A stretch of 26,046 nt of DNA from Halocafeteria seosinensis (lineage: Eukaryota): assembly GCA_001687465.1 (NCBI GenBank), contig LVLI01000249.1, forward strand, positions 124,001 to 150,046. The letters run 5' to 3'. The notes under the pieces are model-generated. The model did not search any database. It saw only the letters and a program-made list of their open reading frames with translations, and was not told where the DNA came from. Positions 9,917-21,993 of the stretch are shown here, piece by piece (the stretch's first letter is position 1; each line of letters opens with the position of its first letter). A program made the position numbers and the translations under genes.

Positions 9917-11508
9917 TTACTGCGTATTCTGCCATCCCATTTTTCTCGTGACGCTTCCGATTCGCTCCATTATTCCCGCCCATTTATCGGCCATTTCCTG
10001 GTTCCCGACGTACTGCAAAGACCGTCAATTATTTACGCTGAATACATATACGTATACAAGGAATACACTACTTCTTACTGCTTGCGTACCTGATGCACGT
10101 GTACTAGATTCATCGCCATCCGGATCATAACTTTATCCAACGATGCAGGTTGCAATACTTGGCTATGAAACTGCGATGGTATTTGCATCTTTCTTAATCG
10201 ATCTTTCATTTCTGCCCTATTTTTCCTAACCCCTCCACGGAACGGATCTACGAAAACCTGCAGAAGATCGGAAGAGTTACCTGCTGTGACAAATCGTAGA
10301 TCTGAGGAAACTGTAGACGGACGCTTACGGTTCTATACTCATCCATTTGGACACCGACAAGGAAATGCCCAGGTGTGTTAATGCCGTATACAGGCAGACC
10401 AATCCTCGATGCAACCTGTGCAGTTCCTTTGCGATGCAAAAGCTGTAAGAAAAGTCATGCCTGCACCCACTCTTTTCGCAACTTACGGCAATGTAGATTG
10501 CGCACAGGGTGATTGGAATTCCACTTCCTTTTACCAGCACTTGAGCAATATTGCTATTTGCTGGGTCTAGGTAATTATGTACATCCCCTATCAGACCTAA
10601 ACCATGCTCTCTATCAAAGAGGATTGTGTGCAAGTTTTCCAATGCATGTTCACGTCTATCTTCGGGTAGCCACCGTGCTGTGCATCAAGACCCGCCAACT
10701 AGTAATCCACACTCAGCTGCGCTGAGTTCGCTAGGACTACCTTTCACTTACCTGGTGAATTTTCCATTCTTACGCGGCCGAAGCGTTGTTGACTAGAGGT
10801 GGCTTCTGGTCTGACTGTGGGTTGGTTAGGGTGAGGTATCTTGTGGTAGGAAAGACTGGTCTGTTGCCCTGAAGTGGAGCTCGTCGCCGCCGCCGCCACC
10901 GAAGTCTCAGAGCTACTTCCCATATGTAATGACATTTGACGACTCTCCAGCACGTCATCTAGTGCAACGCCTCTCTCATGGGAAAGCTCCACCACCCTCA
11001 GTGCCAACTGGTCGAGGGTATCCCGGGTAGCGTCGACATCCAATTCGGGCTGCAGTATCCGTGCAACCGCCAGAGCACCTGGAATTCAGAATAAATCCCC
11101 GCTTGATTTCTTTCCAACCATGCAAGGTGCCCCGTACTTTCACTTTCACTTACCCTCCTCCATCCAATGTGTCGAATCTCGTGTGACTGTAATTTCGTAC
11201 ACCATGTTCTCGACATCCGGCACGCGATTCGCCAATTTCGCTTCATAAATGCGAAGCAGCTTCAAACCTCGCTGAATTCCATCCCAATAGCCTTCTCCTT
11301 GGTCTTCTTCATGCTCATCTTCCAGGGGTGTTGTCGTGGAAGGACGACTTGTCCTGAAAACCTCTCTTACGTGGTTCAACGCTGACAACCCTGGGACGAC
11401 GCCAATGGAGTGACGTAATTCAGGCGCATACGTGTCGATACGATGCGCTAGACGCACGTATGCACGGTAAAGCGCCCGTCCCACTTGATGACTTGACGCA
11501 CCACTCAT
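9917..11508 (-). CDS. SirB1/FBXO21-like (Transglut_core2) protein; exons 11508..11154, 11078..10752, 10677..10487, 10415..10329, 10257..10090, 10012..9917
   Basis: Spliced product contains [72 protein letters not shown] and VMIRMAMNL. Five GT-AG introns of 71-77 nt keep the frame. Confidence 0.85.
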
Positions 11509-11538
11509 TCAGCAGGAACTTCGAACACAATTCGATCG

Positions 11539-11563
11539 AATCCAATCCAATCCAATCCAATCC
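11539..11563. repeat. (AATCC)5 microsatellite
   Basis: Read directly; about 30 nt upstream of the SirB1-like start codon. Confidence 0.9.
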
Positions 11564-12530
11564 AGCGAGCGAGGAGTCAACCTATCACTGTAGTCTAGAC
11601 TCGCGTTGATAAACTAACGTGGATTATCCGGTTTATTCATACATGTATGTATCCAATTATTGAAATTCATTACTGGGGACAATACAACTACAGATATGCA
11701 GAGTACTATTACTGTACCACGACCGCCTCTCTCTCCCTTTCTTTCTTTGGGTGCCAGGCCGAACAGATTCCGCCTAACGGAGAGATGCGGAGTGACCAAT
11801 GCCACACAATTGTTTAGGCACATGGCTTCGAGATGAGGTGATCATCAACAAGATTGGGGAAAAGTTGAGCTGTAAAGCTGCGCAGCGCTTCTTCCATCGT
11901 TCCAGTCATCATCGTTCCAATTCCTGGGCAGGTTTTCTGCTCTTTACAGATTGATTGGCTTTTGTCAAGAGGAAAAACCACCGCCTCTTGCTGAGGGTTC
12001 TTTTGCATAAATGAGCACACGATTCAGGATTCCAGCCATCAGCACGTTGTAAGTCTTCCATAAAAATTCTACTCTCATAAGCCGATCTTGGGGACAAGTG
12101 AGCTTCAGGAAAAAAATCTTACTGGTTAGACCTAGCTTCACGGTTCCACCCTCTAGTGATTTCCCGGTAACATTCTGTTTGTTCTTTGTTCTCCTTTCTC
12201 GGTTCGTTGTCCGTAAGCTACCGTATCGGTCTTAGTTCGTACTCCGAGCGATCCTGGTGTTTACTGATATTTACCTGTATAGTCCATCGTGTGGCGTTCT
12301 GAGTTTCTCTGTCATGGCCGCTCCTTCTGCCTATTCGACTTAAATGTGGTTCGACCCCAGTTGGTTTGCTTGGGAGTGCGTACGTTCATATCATCAAAAC
12401 GGGCACCGGCCCTAGATTCGCTCAACTCACCTTCCTCGATCGGTTGTTGCGTTCAAGACATTATCAGTCTCTCGTGTACCATGTGTATACCACACTGCGT
12501 AACCTCAACCGCATGAGCCAAATGCCAGTG

Positions 12531-12547
12531 GAGAGAGAGAGAGAGAG
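12531..12547. repeat. (GA)n microsatellite
   Basis: GAGAGAGAGAGAGAGAG at the left edge of the RLE-LINE relic. Confidence 0.9.
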
Positions 12548-12920
12548 GTGCTCGTAGACCCGCGCGAAATGAAGGAGAAACGAAGCCAGTAATGAACCTG
12601 GTGGCAAAAGGCCAAACGAGCACAGTCTATGTCGATGTGACAGTGCCGAGACAGACTAGCCAGGACAGCGGGAAGACCCCTCACCATTGTGGCAGAAGCG
12701 GACAAAATACGGACATCTGAGGGACCACCACACGGAAATTATCCCGTTCGCGATAGAGATGACGGGCGGCTTCGGGAAGACGCGTTCAAGTTCCTCAAGA
12801 GAATGGCCAGGTAGGTACCGGGAAATGTGCGGAACTTTCGGAAGCTGATGCCGGCCAAACTGTCAGTCACGCTGATGCGCCAGAACGTGAAAATGTTGGG
12901 GCAGTTCCGGGTAGGGTCCA
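12548..12920 (+). mobile_element. Degenerate 3' end of a restriction-like-endonuclease (RLE; CRE/R2-group) non-LTR retrotransposon
   Basis: Across frameshifts: VLVDPR...LVAKGQTSTVYVDVTVP...AEADKIR...IIPFAIEMTGGFG..EDAFKFLKRMA...LSVTLMRQNVKML. This follows the RLE motif order DVTV / AExxK / PFxxETxG / LSxxLxRxN. Not shown in the ORF track. Confidence 0.7.
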
Positions 12921-13106
12921 CCCTTCACACGGCGTAGTGTAGCCTGTAGCCTGCACGTCTTCCCGGAGACTCTTCCGGTACTAACTGCAACGGACCGCAA
13001 TACTACTGGTACCAGCTCCACCCGTCACACGGCGTAGTGTAGCCTGTAGCCTGCACGTCTTCCCGGAGACTCTTCCGGTACCAACTGCTACGGACCGCAA
13101 TACTAC
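12917..13106 (+). repeat. Direct duplication of a 90-bp unit with 100-bp period
   Basis: 12917..13006 and 13017..13106 (TCCACCC.TCACACGGCGTAGTGTAGCCTGTAGCC...GCAATACTAC) differ at 3 positions. Confidence 0.95.
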
Positions 13107-13481
13107 ATTCAGCTGCCGGTGGGCCATCAGTCACATCTTCGTCGTCGTCTACTTGTACTTGTACGGTACAAATAATACACACATACAGTTGTACTTGTAC
13201 AAGACTGTACAATATTCTACCATAATGACTTTATCATACCGCGCCTCAACTTCTCCCCTTGTGTGCCTCACAATCCATTACAGCCTCCAAACAACAGGTT
13301 TTTCCGGCAAGTTTCAGCCCTGGACGCCAGTGGACGGAATCCGCCGTTGATGTTGATGGCCGTTAAGTTACAAGTGTGGGGTTTGTTGTATCGTACGGTT
13401 CCCAAAGACCACAAAGGAAACAAGCACGCGATATTGTTCATAATAAAGTGCATATGTCTGTGCTGTCGTGGTAGATTGAAA

Positions 13482-16400
13482 ATGAGCGAGCATCAGCATA
13501 GCGGCGAGGAGGATGCCGTGGTCCCACCCCCTCCTTTAGGAGACGATACGGAGGATTCAGACGACTCTACAGAGTATATCGATGTGCTCGTCTCTGGTAC
13601 ATCCCGAGAGGAGGACAGTAAAAGCAAAACGAGCTTCCCATCGTTCTCCTCCACGGCGTTAGAGCCTTCCCAACAGTGGCAGCAGCAGCAGCAGCAGCAG
13701 CAGCCACTAGGATTACAACGCACGCCCGGAGAGCATGTGGAGTTTCCGTCCAATGTTGACAAGGCTGAGCTGAAGCGAAGGCGCGAAGAACTCAAGAAAC
13801 AGCAGCAAGGAGGAGGAGGTGTTCAAATCAAAGCCACCAACAACGTCTCGTTGAGTCCCCAACAGGTAGCTACACTGCACGCTCTCTATCAGGCCAAAAT
13901 GTCTTCGTCGGCTTCCACAGGAGCCACGCACACATCGACGCCAACGATCACGGCGACGCAAGGCAACGTTCACTTAGATAAGAAACAGTTGCAGACGCTG
14001 CAAGTACGTACGCGTCGATGTTGATCCGATTCCGTAAGCAGATATACAGTGAATGTTGAAATGGCTTGCAGGCATTGTATCAAACAAACTCTGCCTCTCG
14101 GCAGCAGCAACAAACTATACCTCCGGATGCAGCAAAAGTCAAAGAAAATGCGAGAGCCCATCAACAAAAATCCAGCTCGAAGGAAGACGAGTTGAACAAT
14201 CGACCTACAGAAACTCGTTCAGGGCAGCAAACTCGCAATCGGCAGTCGGGCATATCGCCTTTACCTCCTCAAATTGCGAGACAAATTAAGAGCACTGTTC
14301 CGGAAGATGAGACGAGCTCGACAATGCAACCGCCAAGCTCCTCACAGAATGGACACTCTACCAGTACCAGTGGAAAGAGGGATGCATTAATGTATGATCG
14401 TCTGGCACGGCTAACCTATCATTCCTTTGATGACTTGACATTCCGAGTACTTGCCGAAATTTCGGGCAATATTCCTTTTCTTTGCACTTTGACGCGGTCA
14501 CATTTGTTATATTGCTTATCATATGGTCATATGATTACGGTAGAGAAAGGTGACCTGCTCGGGTCTCACCCGTCTACTTATGACGCTCTGTCCATTGTGT
14601 TGGACGGCTACGCAAGCAAACGCAAAGCATCTTCGACTCCGGCTAAGCGGTTCACTGATAGTCTGAGAGAAGACTTATTGATGCCTTCGGACTCATTGGG
14701 TGAATATTTCATTGCACAGTGTATGCCGGGTAAAGGACGAAGTGTTAACGACTGGGTAGCAGCTCGGAAAATGCAAGTGCTATGTATACCGACAAAGTAT
14801 ATCCTGGAGCCAGGAGTAAGGGAGCCTTACCCTTCCCTTCAGAAACATCCAGATTCCCTTTACAGTGCGTCGACCAAGTCAAGAAAACTAACTACCACGC
14901 GGCAACGGTATTTGCAGAGTTATTCCTCGTCTTCGTCGGTGAGATCTACCAACAGTATCGAAGAGGATAGTCAACAAATAGTTACTGATTTAGTTACTCT
15001 GATGACACAATCTAGCGAAGCGTCAATCAATCGTCGTGTCGAAACTTGCGTTGATATTGCAGCACGATGGTATGGCGCTCGTGTCGCGGTCCTATATGAA
15101 GTCGATCCTACCCGAGACATCGCCATCGAGCGGGTTGTAAGTCCAGGGACGTCGAACGACTCCTTTCCGCAAAGTGGAATACCGGGAGGATGGTCTCCTG
15201 CGGTTGAGACCATGTCATCTGTTCTTAGTGGGTCCGGAAGAAGCCAGGACCCGTCATTCAAGTTTCTTCATCCCCGATTGTCAGCACCGTCCTCGGCTGT
15301 TGTCGCTGCAACATCTTCCACCTCGGCCCCGCATTTACGCGCCGCTGGCCGAATGAAAAGCTTTGGAGAGGCGCACCGACCACGAGGACTGTTGCGCGCC
15401 GCAGCGGCCAGCGGCAAGATCATCAATATTAAAGACATTGAAACCGATGCGAAGTTTGATTCGGAAGTGGAATGCAGTTTGCTACCGTACTTGAGTGGCT
15501 GCAGCAGTGTAATATACGTCCCAGTATTTAGTCCTTTAGGGAAGTCTCAAGACAAAGACCAGGACTCTCTGCACCCTGCGGCGGCGTATCGGACACTTTG
15601 CGGTGTCCTGGTTTTAGCTGACAAAATGGTGAATCCGTCAATGCAACGGGAGATTTTCCACAAGGACAAACCGATGCAATCGTATTTCAACTCTAGCGAC
15701 GAGAAGGAGCTTGTGGCTTTGGTAAGACAGATCGGAAGCTTTGTTGGGGAGGTGATATCGCAGGCACTGGTTATTCATGGAGACCACGAAGAGTGTAGTC
15801 GGTCTAGTGATGTCCGACAGAATCTGTCACTCGCAGGCACCGAAGTGGTGGCGAAACATCTTCTCGAAGAACGGTTCGTGTTTACAGTAAAGAATGGAGG
15901 GTTTACTACAGCTGCAACCGCGGCAGATCTAAAGAGCATTGGGGGAGACGTTTCCAATGCTCGTGTGCTCTTGGTTGGCTACTACAGCCTGGCTTCAACC
16001 TGCATCAGCTCCCCAAGTTACGCATACACCAATTGGCTTACGTCCCTTGGTGATAACGCAGTGCCCTCCTTAGCTGTGAGCCAGGCCGCTCACATTGGCG
16101 CTTCGGCAGGGGCTGTGGTCCTGGATGTTATGGTAGGCAGTAGCGTTGAGTTTTCTCCGCATCCCCTTGTATCTGAATTGCCGGGTGGAGCCCAGTTCGA
16201 GTTACACTTCTATTTATGCCATAGCGATTCTGAGCGATCCGCGCCTCAGACGGGCATATATCTTGGCGGTGCTTGCCTACCGTTATTCGGTGGCCGTGTC
16301 ATTGAGAGCTCTAGGCTTCTGTTTAGTGGCGACAAATCCACGAATGTTCATATGGTCGAGCATCCGCCTCATATGTCCGGTCCAGCATCGTGTTTCAGGC

Positions 16401-19357
16401 GATTTGACCGTATCACTGCGGACGAAACTCCTGGTCGCACCTCAGGGAGAGTCGGAATCAGTGTGCGAACCTCGGACAGTACTTCACCCCGGTGCATTGT
16501 GGACACTGACGCCGGAAATGGAGAAGAATGGTGGCGAGGAGTGCTCGAAATTGCCGGATGCCGTGAGCGCGCCTATTCGTCAGCCAAGTATTTACGAGAA
16601 AGTCAAGATGGGCGGTCGGCCCGTCTGAAAGCGTCAAATTGGCACCATACATTTGAATCGCTGCGGGACGCGCTGGGTAGGCGACAATCACTGTTCAGTT
16701 CGCAAGAACCTCCGGATGAAGAGCTCCATCGAATTGATGACCGACTGCAGCCTTCGGCTGATCACGTGTTTTCCGTTCCCACTATAGCTGAGTTGGTGTC
16801 TGCCACTGGAGGAAAAAACATAGATCGGTACCATGTATCGAAGATGCTGTATGAGCACTCTCGACTTGTTAACCCAACCGGCAAGAGCGCTAGCTCTCTT
16901 GATATCAGCCAGACTCACTCATGGTTTTTGCGAGACTCGTTTCCAAGTGCAGTGGGCCCGTGGGTACCGGCTATCGGCCAGCTGTCTCCTTCGTTTGCCC
17001 TAATGATTTGGGCTTGTCGAGGATGCCTTTGTGTTCATCAAGAATGTCTGCCGTTGCTCGTTAGAACTGCTAGTATTGTCAAACGAGTGTTAATGTCTGC
17101 AGGCAATGAGGATTTACATGCATTAATCCAACTCTCCCGTTTACTTGGGAGGAAGTCGTTACTTCCCGCGCAGCTGGAGTCCTCCTTAAATCCAAGCCAA
17201 ACATGGCAGCATCATCGCATACCCCCTCAGGTTTCGCGAACGTTTGCATGCCACGTTATCGAAAACGAATTGGTCAGTGCAACACGCGCACATTGGCCGA
17301 TTGCTTCCTCCATATCTTTGCAGCTTCTGGGTGACCGAGGACTGGCTCTTTCTCCCGATATCCGTTATACCGCCCTTAAAAGCTTATCGATGCTTCCCCT
17401 GCACGAACTTCTCCCCTTGGTATTACCATTGTGCGTAACAGCGTTGATATCGGACAGGAGCTCACAGGAGAAGGAGGTGACTAGCATAGTATTGTCCCTA
17501 TGTGCGTCTTCCCCCGAGTCATTGGGGCGTCAGGTGCTTTGGACGTTCCAGTTTCTGGAACCTCGGATGCCTTTTTACAAGGATGAGATACGATCTTGTG
17601 TTCGTGAATTGGAGGATATTTTTGCCCCGTCGCTGTTGTACCAGATTCGACGGGAATCGCAGTGGTGGACAGCACTGTCTGTAGCGTTAATGCCGTGTGC
17701 TAATGAAGATTCAGTCCGTCCAACGCTCAACAAGTTCCAGGAGGCGGACAATCTTATGCTACCTATCCATACGGGGCAGGTCATTGTTCCCTCTACATGG
17801 GTTCGGATACAATCCGAGGAGAGCGCAAAGGTTATCCGGAAGGGAGTAGCTCACGGAGGGGCTGAGGGCACTGCCTCGAAGCATGGACTGAAAGCAAAAA
17901 AGGAACATATTGAACAGAATGCTGACGAACTCAGCCGAGAAATGGACACCGAAACAATTGAGCAATCCCTTCAACTGGCACTAGCATTGTTTGGTATTCA
18001 TTCTTTTGATGGTGAAACAGAGGGCGACTCGCAGCAAAGCACGCTTCCGGGAATTTTTGGAGGGTTTGCTTCTCCGCAAAGAGACTCCGTAGGTGTTAGC
18101 ATCCCACGCTGTGGCATTCCAGTTAAAGGTTTGGATCCCGATAAATCGCGTGTTGTTGAAATGCGCCGGGGAAGCAGTAGATTTCAGCTACTATTCAAAG
18201 TGTCTAAAGAACGTAACGTTGAAGGGGATCATCACTCAGTTATTCAGTCTCACGTCTCCCGACCGTTGAGTATACAGGATGGATGTCTTCGTACTCACAT
18301 GTTGTTGGCTGATCCGTCTGTGGTATTCACCTCCCACTCCTACTTTTCTATACTCGACACAGTTTCCGCGATATGGCGGAACGACGGCATGGAAATGGGA
18401 GACATAGTTAGTAAATTTGCCACAGGGCTGGTGCCAGTGGATGACAACTACTCTGCTTTATTTCTGATCAGCCCTGAGGACGGCAAAATTGTTTCAGAAA
18501 TACTTGGGTCGGAACATAGTGGGGAAAACACCCTGCGCCGATGGCTGTTGAGCCAGCTCCTTAACAAGTACTGCTATTCGGCAAACTTCCTGGCGGATGA
18601 TGCATCCGAAGATATTGATGACGCTTCGGATACAGATGCGCCAGAAGCTGAAAACAATGACGGGACGAGTGATGCGTTCTCGACTGTAGTCAAGCATTTG
18701 CGGCTCTCATGTGCCGCGCTATGTGTGCAATGTTATATTTTAGGGCTAAGTTGCAGAGAACCTCAGCAACTGACACTTACTCCTGCCGGGGTTTTGCTTT
18801 TGAATGACGTCTCGGATAGTGATGAGCATGTCTTCAAAAACGATAACTTCCATTTCGACGAAGGTGGTGCCTTCCATGGAACCCCGCAACTTCCCAGGAG
18901 CCCGGAACCCTCCCTCTTGTTTACTGATAGCATTGCGGAACCTCTTCTGTCAGCGGTTGGAGCTGATAGTCCAGATGTCACTCATTTTCAGGGTCAAGTA
19001 ATGCCATCGGGTGTAGCTTCTATGATAGATATGGCGGTGGAAGGGTTTGCCTCGGTTCGTCGTCGTAGCATGGATATCATCACTTTGGCTGCACTCCATG
19101 GCTCAGCAGGTGCCCACCGTTTGACTACCTCTTATCATATTGCTTGCCTGCGTTCACGGCTCCTTTTGCATCTTTCGGAAGAAGATGCTGTCGTCCGATT
19201 TAAGAGCAATTTGGTCGATCTCCTTCGGAATGGACTCAAAAGCAATGTCTCTCATTTGGCCGGTACCCAGCATGGGACGTTCACTACAGGGCGCTCGGGG
19301 TTCTCTCCCAGTACGCGTGGTGAAAACGTCAGTCCGGTGCATAACCAACTCAAGTGA
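13482..19357 (+). CDS. Multidomain PI3K-like protein (cNMP-binding, GAF, C2, helical, PI3K kinase fold), predicted pseudokinase; exons 13482..14003 and 14072..19357
   Basis: Intron 14004..14071 (GTACGT...TTGCAG, 68 nt) joins the Gln-rich exon in frame. cNMP-like ~14450-14790; GAF ~15040-15745 (GKIINIKDIETDAKFDSEVE...VIYVPV...GVLVLADK...FNSSDE); C2-like ~15870-16350 (SELPGGAQF...LGGACLPLF); helical domain (SLQLLG...DIRYTALKSL); kinase C-lobe (LSCAALCVQCYILGL...LRSRLLLHLSEEDAVVRF). Confidence 0.85.
13680..13703 (+). repeat. (CAG)8 encoding poly-Gln
   Basis: Read directly; in exon 1 of the PI3K-like gene. Confidence 0.95.
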
Positions 19358-20300
19358 AGTTCTCTTGGTTTTTTTGGCTAAGAGCGTTCTATGATATTAA
19401 AAGTTTCAATTCTAAAGAGACATTGGGGCTGGTATGGTAGCGCAGTGCTAAATCTACTTGCATTGGTAGGGCGTAGCTGTCACAGTTAGTACAACATAAA
19501 TATGGTTAATTGTTTATATACGTAGAGGTAGTATGAATTCTTGAATGGAAGGTAATTGAAGGCGTTACAACAAAGTAGGTCATAGTGAATGTCACGATTT
19601 ACATGTTCCCCACACAGGCATCACTTCTTCGTTTCTTTTCTAGACGAGACCCTTAACTGAAACCCTGACTTCAAAAAAAATCGTACCATTGCAACGGATC
19701 AACTCCCCAACAAAGAATAGAGATGTGCAAGTGTCAAGGTCAAGATGGTTCTGTCACTGACTAACGTCTAAGGGACCGCACTCATCGTTGTAAGGGTTTC
19801 ACTAATGAATGTCTGAATACCCTCAAGATGAAGGGTTTTCAACTTGGAGGAACCCAACGCCCCAGATTACGTAAAGCCGGTTGACTGCCACCTCATTTGC
19901 GTGTTGGTTTGTTTTTTCTTCCGCAAATTTTTTGTCGTCCCACATAGTTGTTGCCACATACCGTGTTTATCTGAAGTTCCCACACTGCACTGCGTTCGCG
20001 TTCCCAATACAACAGAAATGGGTATTGTCTTTTCACTGGGCGATTGTAAAGCGAGTCACTGCGAGTGGATTTCAGTGTGTGTGTGTGTGAGTTTTTTTTT
20101 ACCGAGTCCCAGATACACATACTACAACTGGTTCGTCAGCTACACTCAACTACTTGTACGGTACAACCTCTTCTGAATACTGTAGCTTTTGACATTCACA
20201 AGCACGGTAACTTCACATTGCACAGTGTACTACTACGCCGCATGACAGACATTGTGAGTGATGTATCATCCTGCAGGAGGTGCCATAGCGTGATGTGAAA

Positions 20301-21745
20301 ATGGGGGATGGTGAAAAGGACGTCATCAATCTTGTGGACCAAGACAGCGACGATGAGCAGCCAGAGGAGCCCCCGCCTCCTAGAGCCAAGGGTTGCTCCT
20401 CCTTGGAGAAGTGGCTACGGCACGGATCCACTGGCAGTGCATCTTCGGGAGCGTCGGCGACGACGCCCTCGAGCAATCAAGGGAGCAAGAGGGAGCGTGA
20501 CACAGCAACGCCCAGACTGCCTACCAGTACCGGCAATGCTCTGGACAAGTTGATGCCTTCAAAGGGGAATAAAGCCTCACGGAGTGACAGAAAGATCCCA
20601 CAAGTACGGCCGCCACTGACCAGTTCCTCGCTTTGCTACCAGGAGCGGATTCTACCACGCGGACTCTGCCTTCGTCCGGGAGAGCCTGGTCCGTCTAGCA
20701 TTACCTCGAGTGAATCAGTGGCCAAGCAGCGTACACAGGCTGAGAAACCACCTCTGGCGCGGGGAATGCTTCTGTGGCGGAAGTACTTGAGTCCAGAGTT
20801 CCAGCAGCAGTTGCTCCAGACTTTTGACGAGGTGCATTCGCAAACACCTGCATATATACCAAAGATCTATATCTACGACAAACCATGCTTCCAGAATGTG
20901 TACAGTCTCAGGTGGGTTTCTTACACATGCTTGAACATATCTCAACACTTGGAACAGCATTCCGTCATCTCAACCTGCTGCAGTGTTGGATCCAGTTGGC
21001 TGGCAGGGAGAAAGCGTTACTCAGGTGGAAGAAGCGAGTTTGATGGTGGGTTGGTTTCTCTAGAATGTTGACTAATTTTGGTTTTCATTCCATTGACACG
21101 TTTGTTGTGGCTCAGGCCTTGAGACACATCCGGTGCCTTCAAAACTCCGCGAACTATATGACGCCATTTTCAGTGACATTGACAACTTATTTCGGAGAGG
21201 AAAAGATCCCAAAGGCGATAGCTCAGTTTTACTTCCTGCCAATGCTTCTGCAGGAGATTACAGAAAAGGATCATGCGACGTAGGAGTTTTCAATTACTAC
21301 CCGCCATCTTGGGGTAAATTGGGAATACACAAGGTATGGTGTTAGTTGACACACTACGAATGTAGGGTATATTTGTTACAGAGGGGATAAGTTTCGTACG
21401 GAAATTGTGATACAGGACGATTCAGAACCTTCGGGGGTGATCAGCAAAGGGTACCCTGTATGTTCGATCAGCATTGGCGATACGTGCGAGTTTTTCTACG
21501 AGTGGCCAGAAGTGCCGAGCTCGTCTGCGGAGAATAGACGAGCAAACAGCGACAAACTCTATGCGGGCAGTAGACGAATTAAGATCCTCCTTCACTCAGG
21601 CGATCTGCTGTTATTTGGTGGACCATCTCGCTTGGTCAAACATGGGGTGTATCGTACAATGCCACACACTCGGCGGAGAGAAGATGGTGATATTTCGATG
21701 GTGGGCGGCAGGCTGAACATTACCCTCAGGACCTTGAATGAGTGA
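20301..21745 (+). CDS. AlkB-family Fe(II)/2-oxoglutarate dioxygenase; exons 20301..20911, 20984..21045, 21116..21333, 21416..21745
   Basis: GMLLWRKYLSPEFQ; VFNYYP...LGIHK|DDSE (HxD split by intron 3); PVCSISIG; LHSGDLLLFGGPSRLVKHGV (second His); RLNITLR (2OG-binding arginines). Introns of 72, 70 and 82 nt. Confidence 0.9.
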
Positions 21746-21993
21746 ACAAGAAGCTTTCAGATATCAAAAGCAAACTTCCTCGTATTGCTGCAAAAGAATA
21801 ACATGTAGTTGGTTTAGTAAAGGAAGCTATCTACCCCACATCAGACTAGTGGCCCGAAGGTTACAAGCAGCATCTGAAGAAGTTAATATCAAAGTCCAGG
21901 CACTACAAGATGTACAAAATTTTTGCATTATGTGCCCGACAGCCCGGGGAATGATTTTGGAGGCAGCCTGATAGGAAAGGACACTCATACCAA

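Noticed and set aside
11814..12516. Short ORFs between the SirB1-like gene and the RLE relic
   Set aside because: No recognisable motif or consistent splice pattern; may be older TE debris but unsupported.
12917..13106. CRISPR array or LTR pair
   Set aside because: Only two 90-bp copies 10 bp apart, no spacer series, no cas genes, no TG..CA ends, and a eukaryotic context.
13263..13481. N-terminal extension of the PI3K-like gene in the ORF track
   Set aside because: Starts at GTG and looks non-coding in composition; ATG 13482 (AAAATGA) is the more plausible start.
14782..19394. Many 60-160-aa ORFs overlapping the PI3K-like exon
   Set aside because: Shadow ORFs expected from alternative frames of a long coding exon.
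19400..20290. ORFs 19844..20176 and neighbours
   Set aside because: Run through TG and T tracts with no motif; treated as intergenic or promoter sequence.
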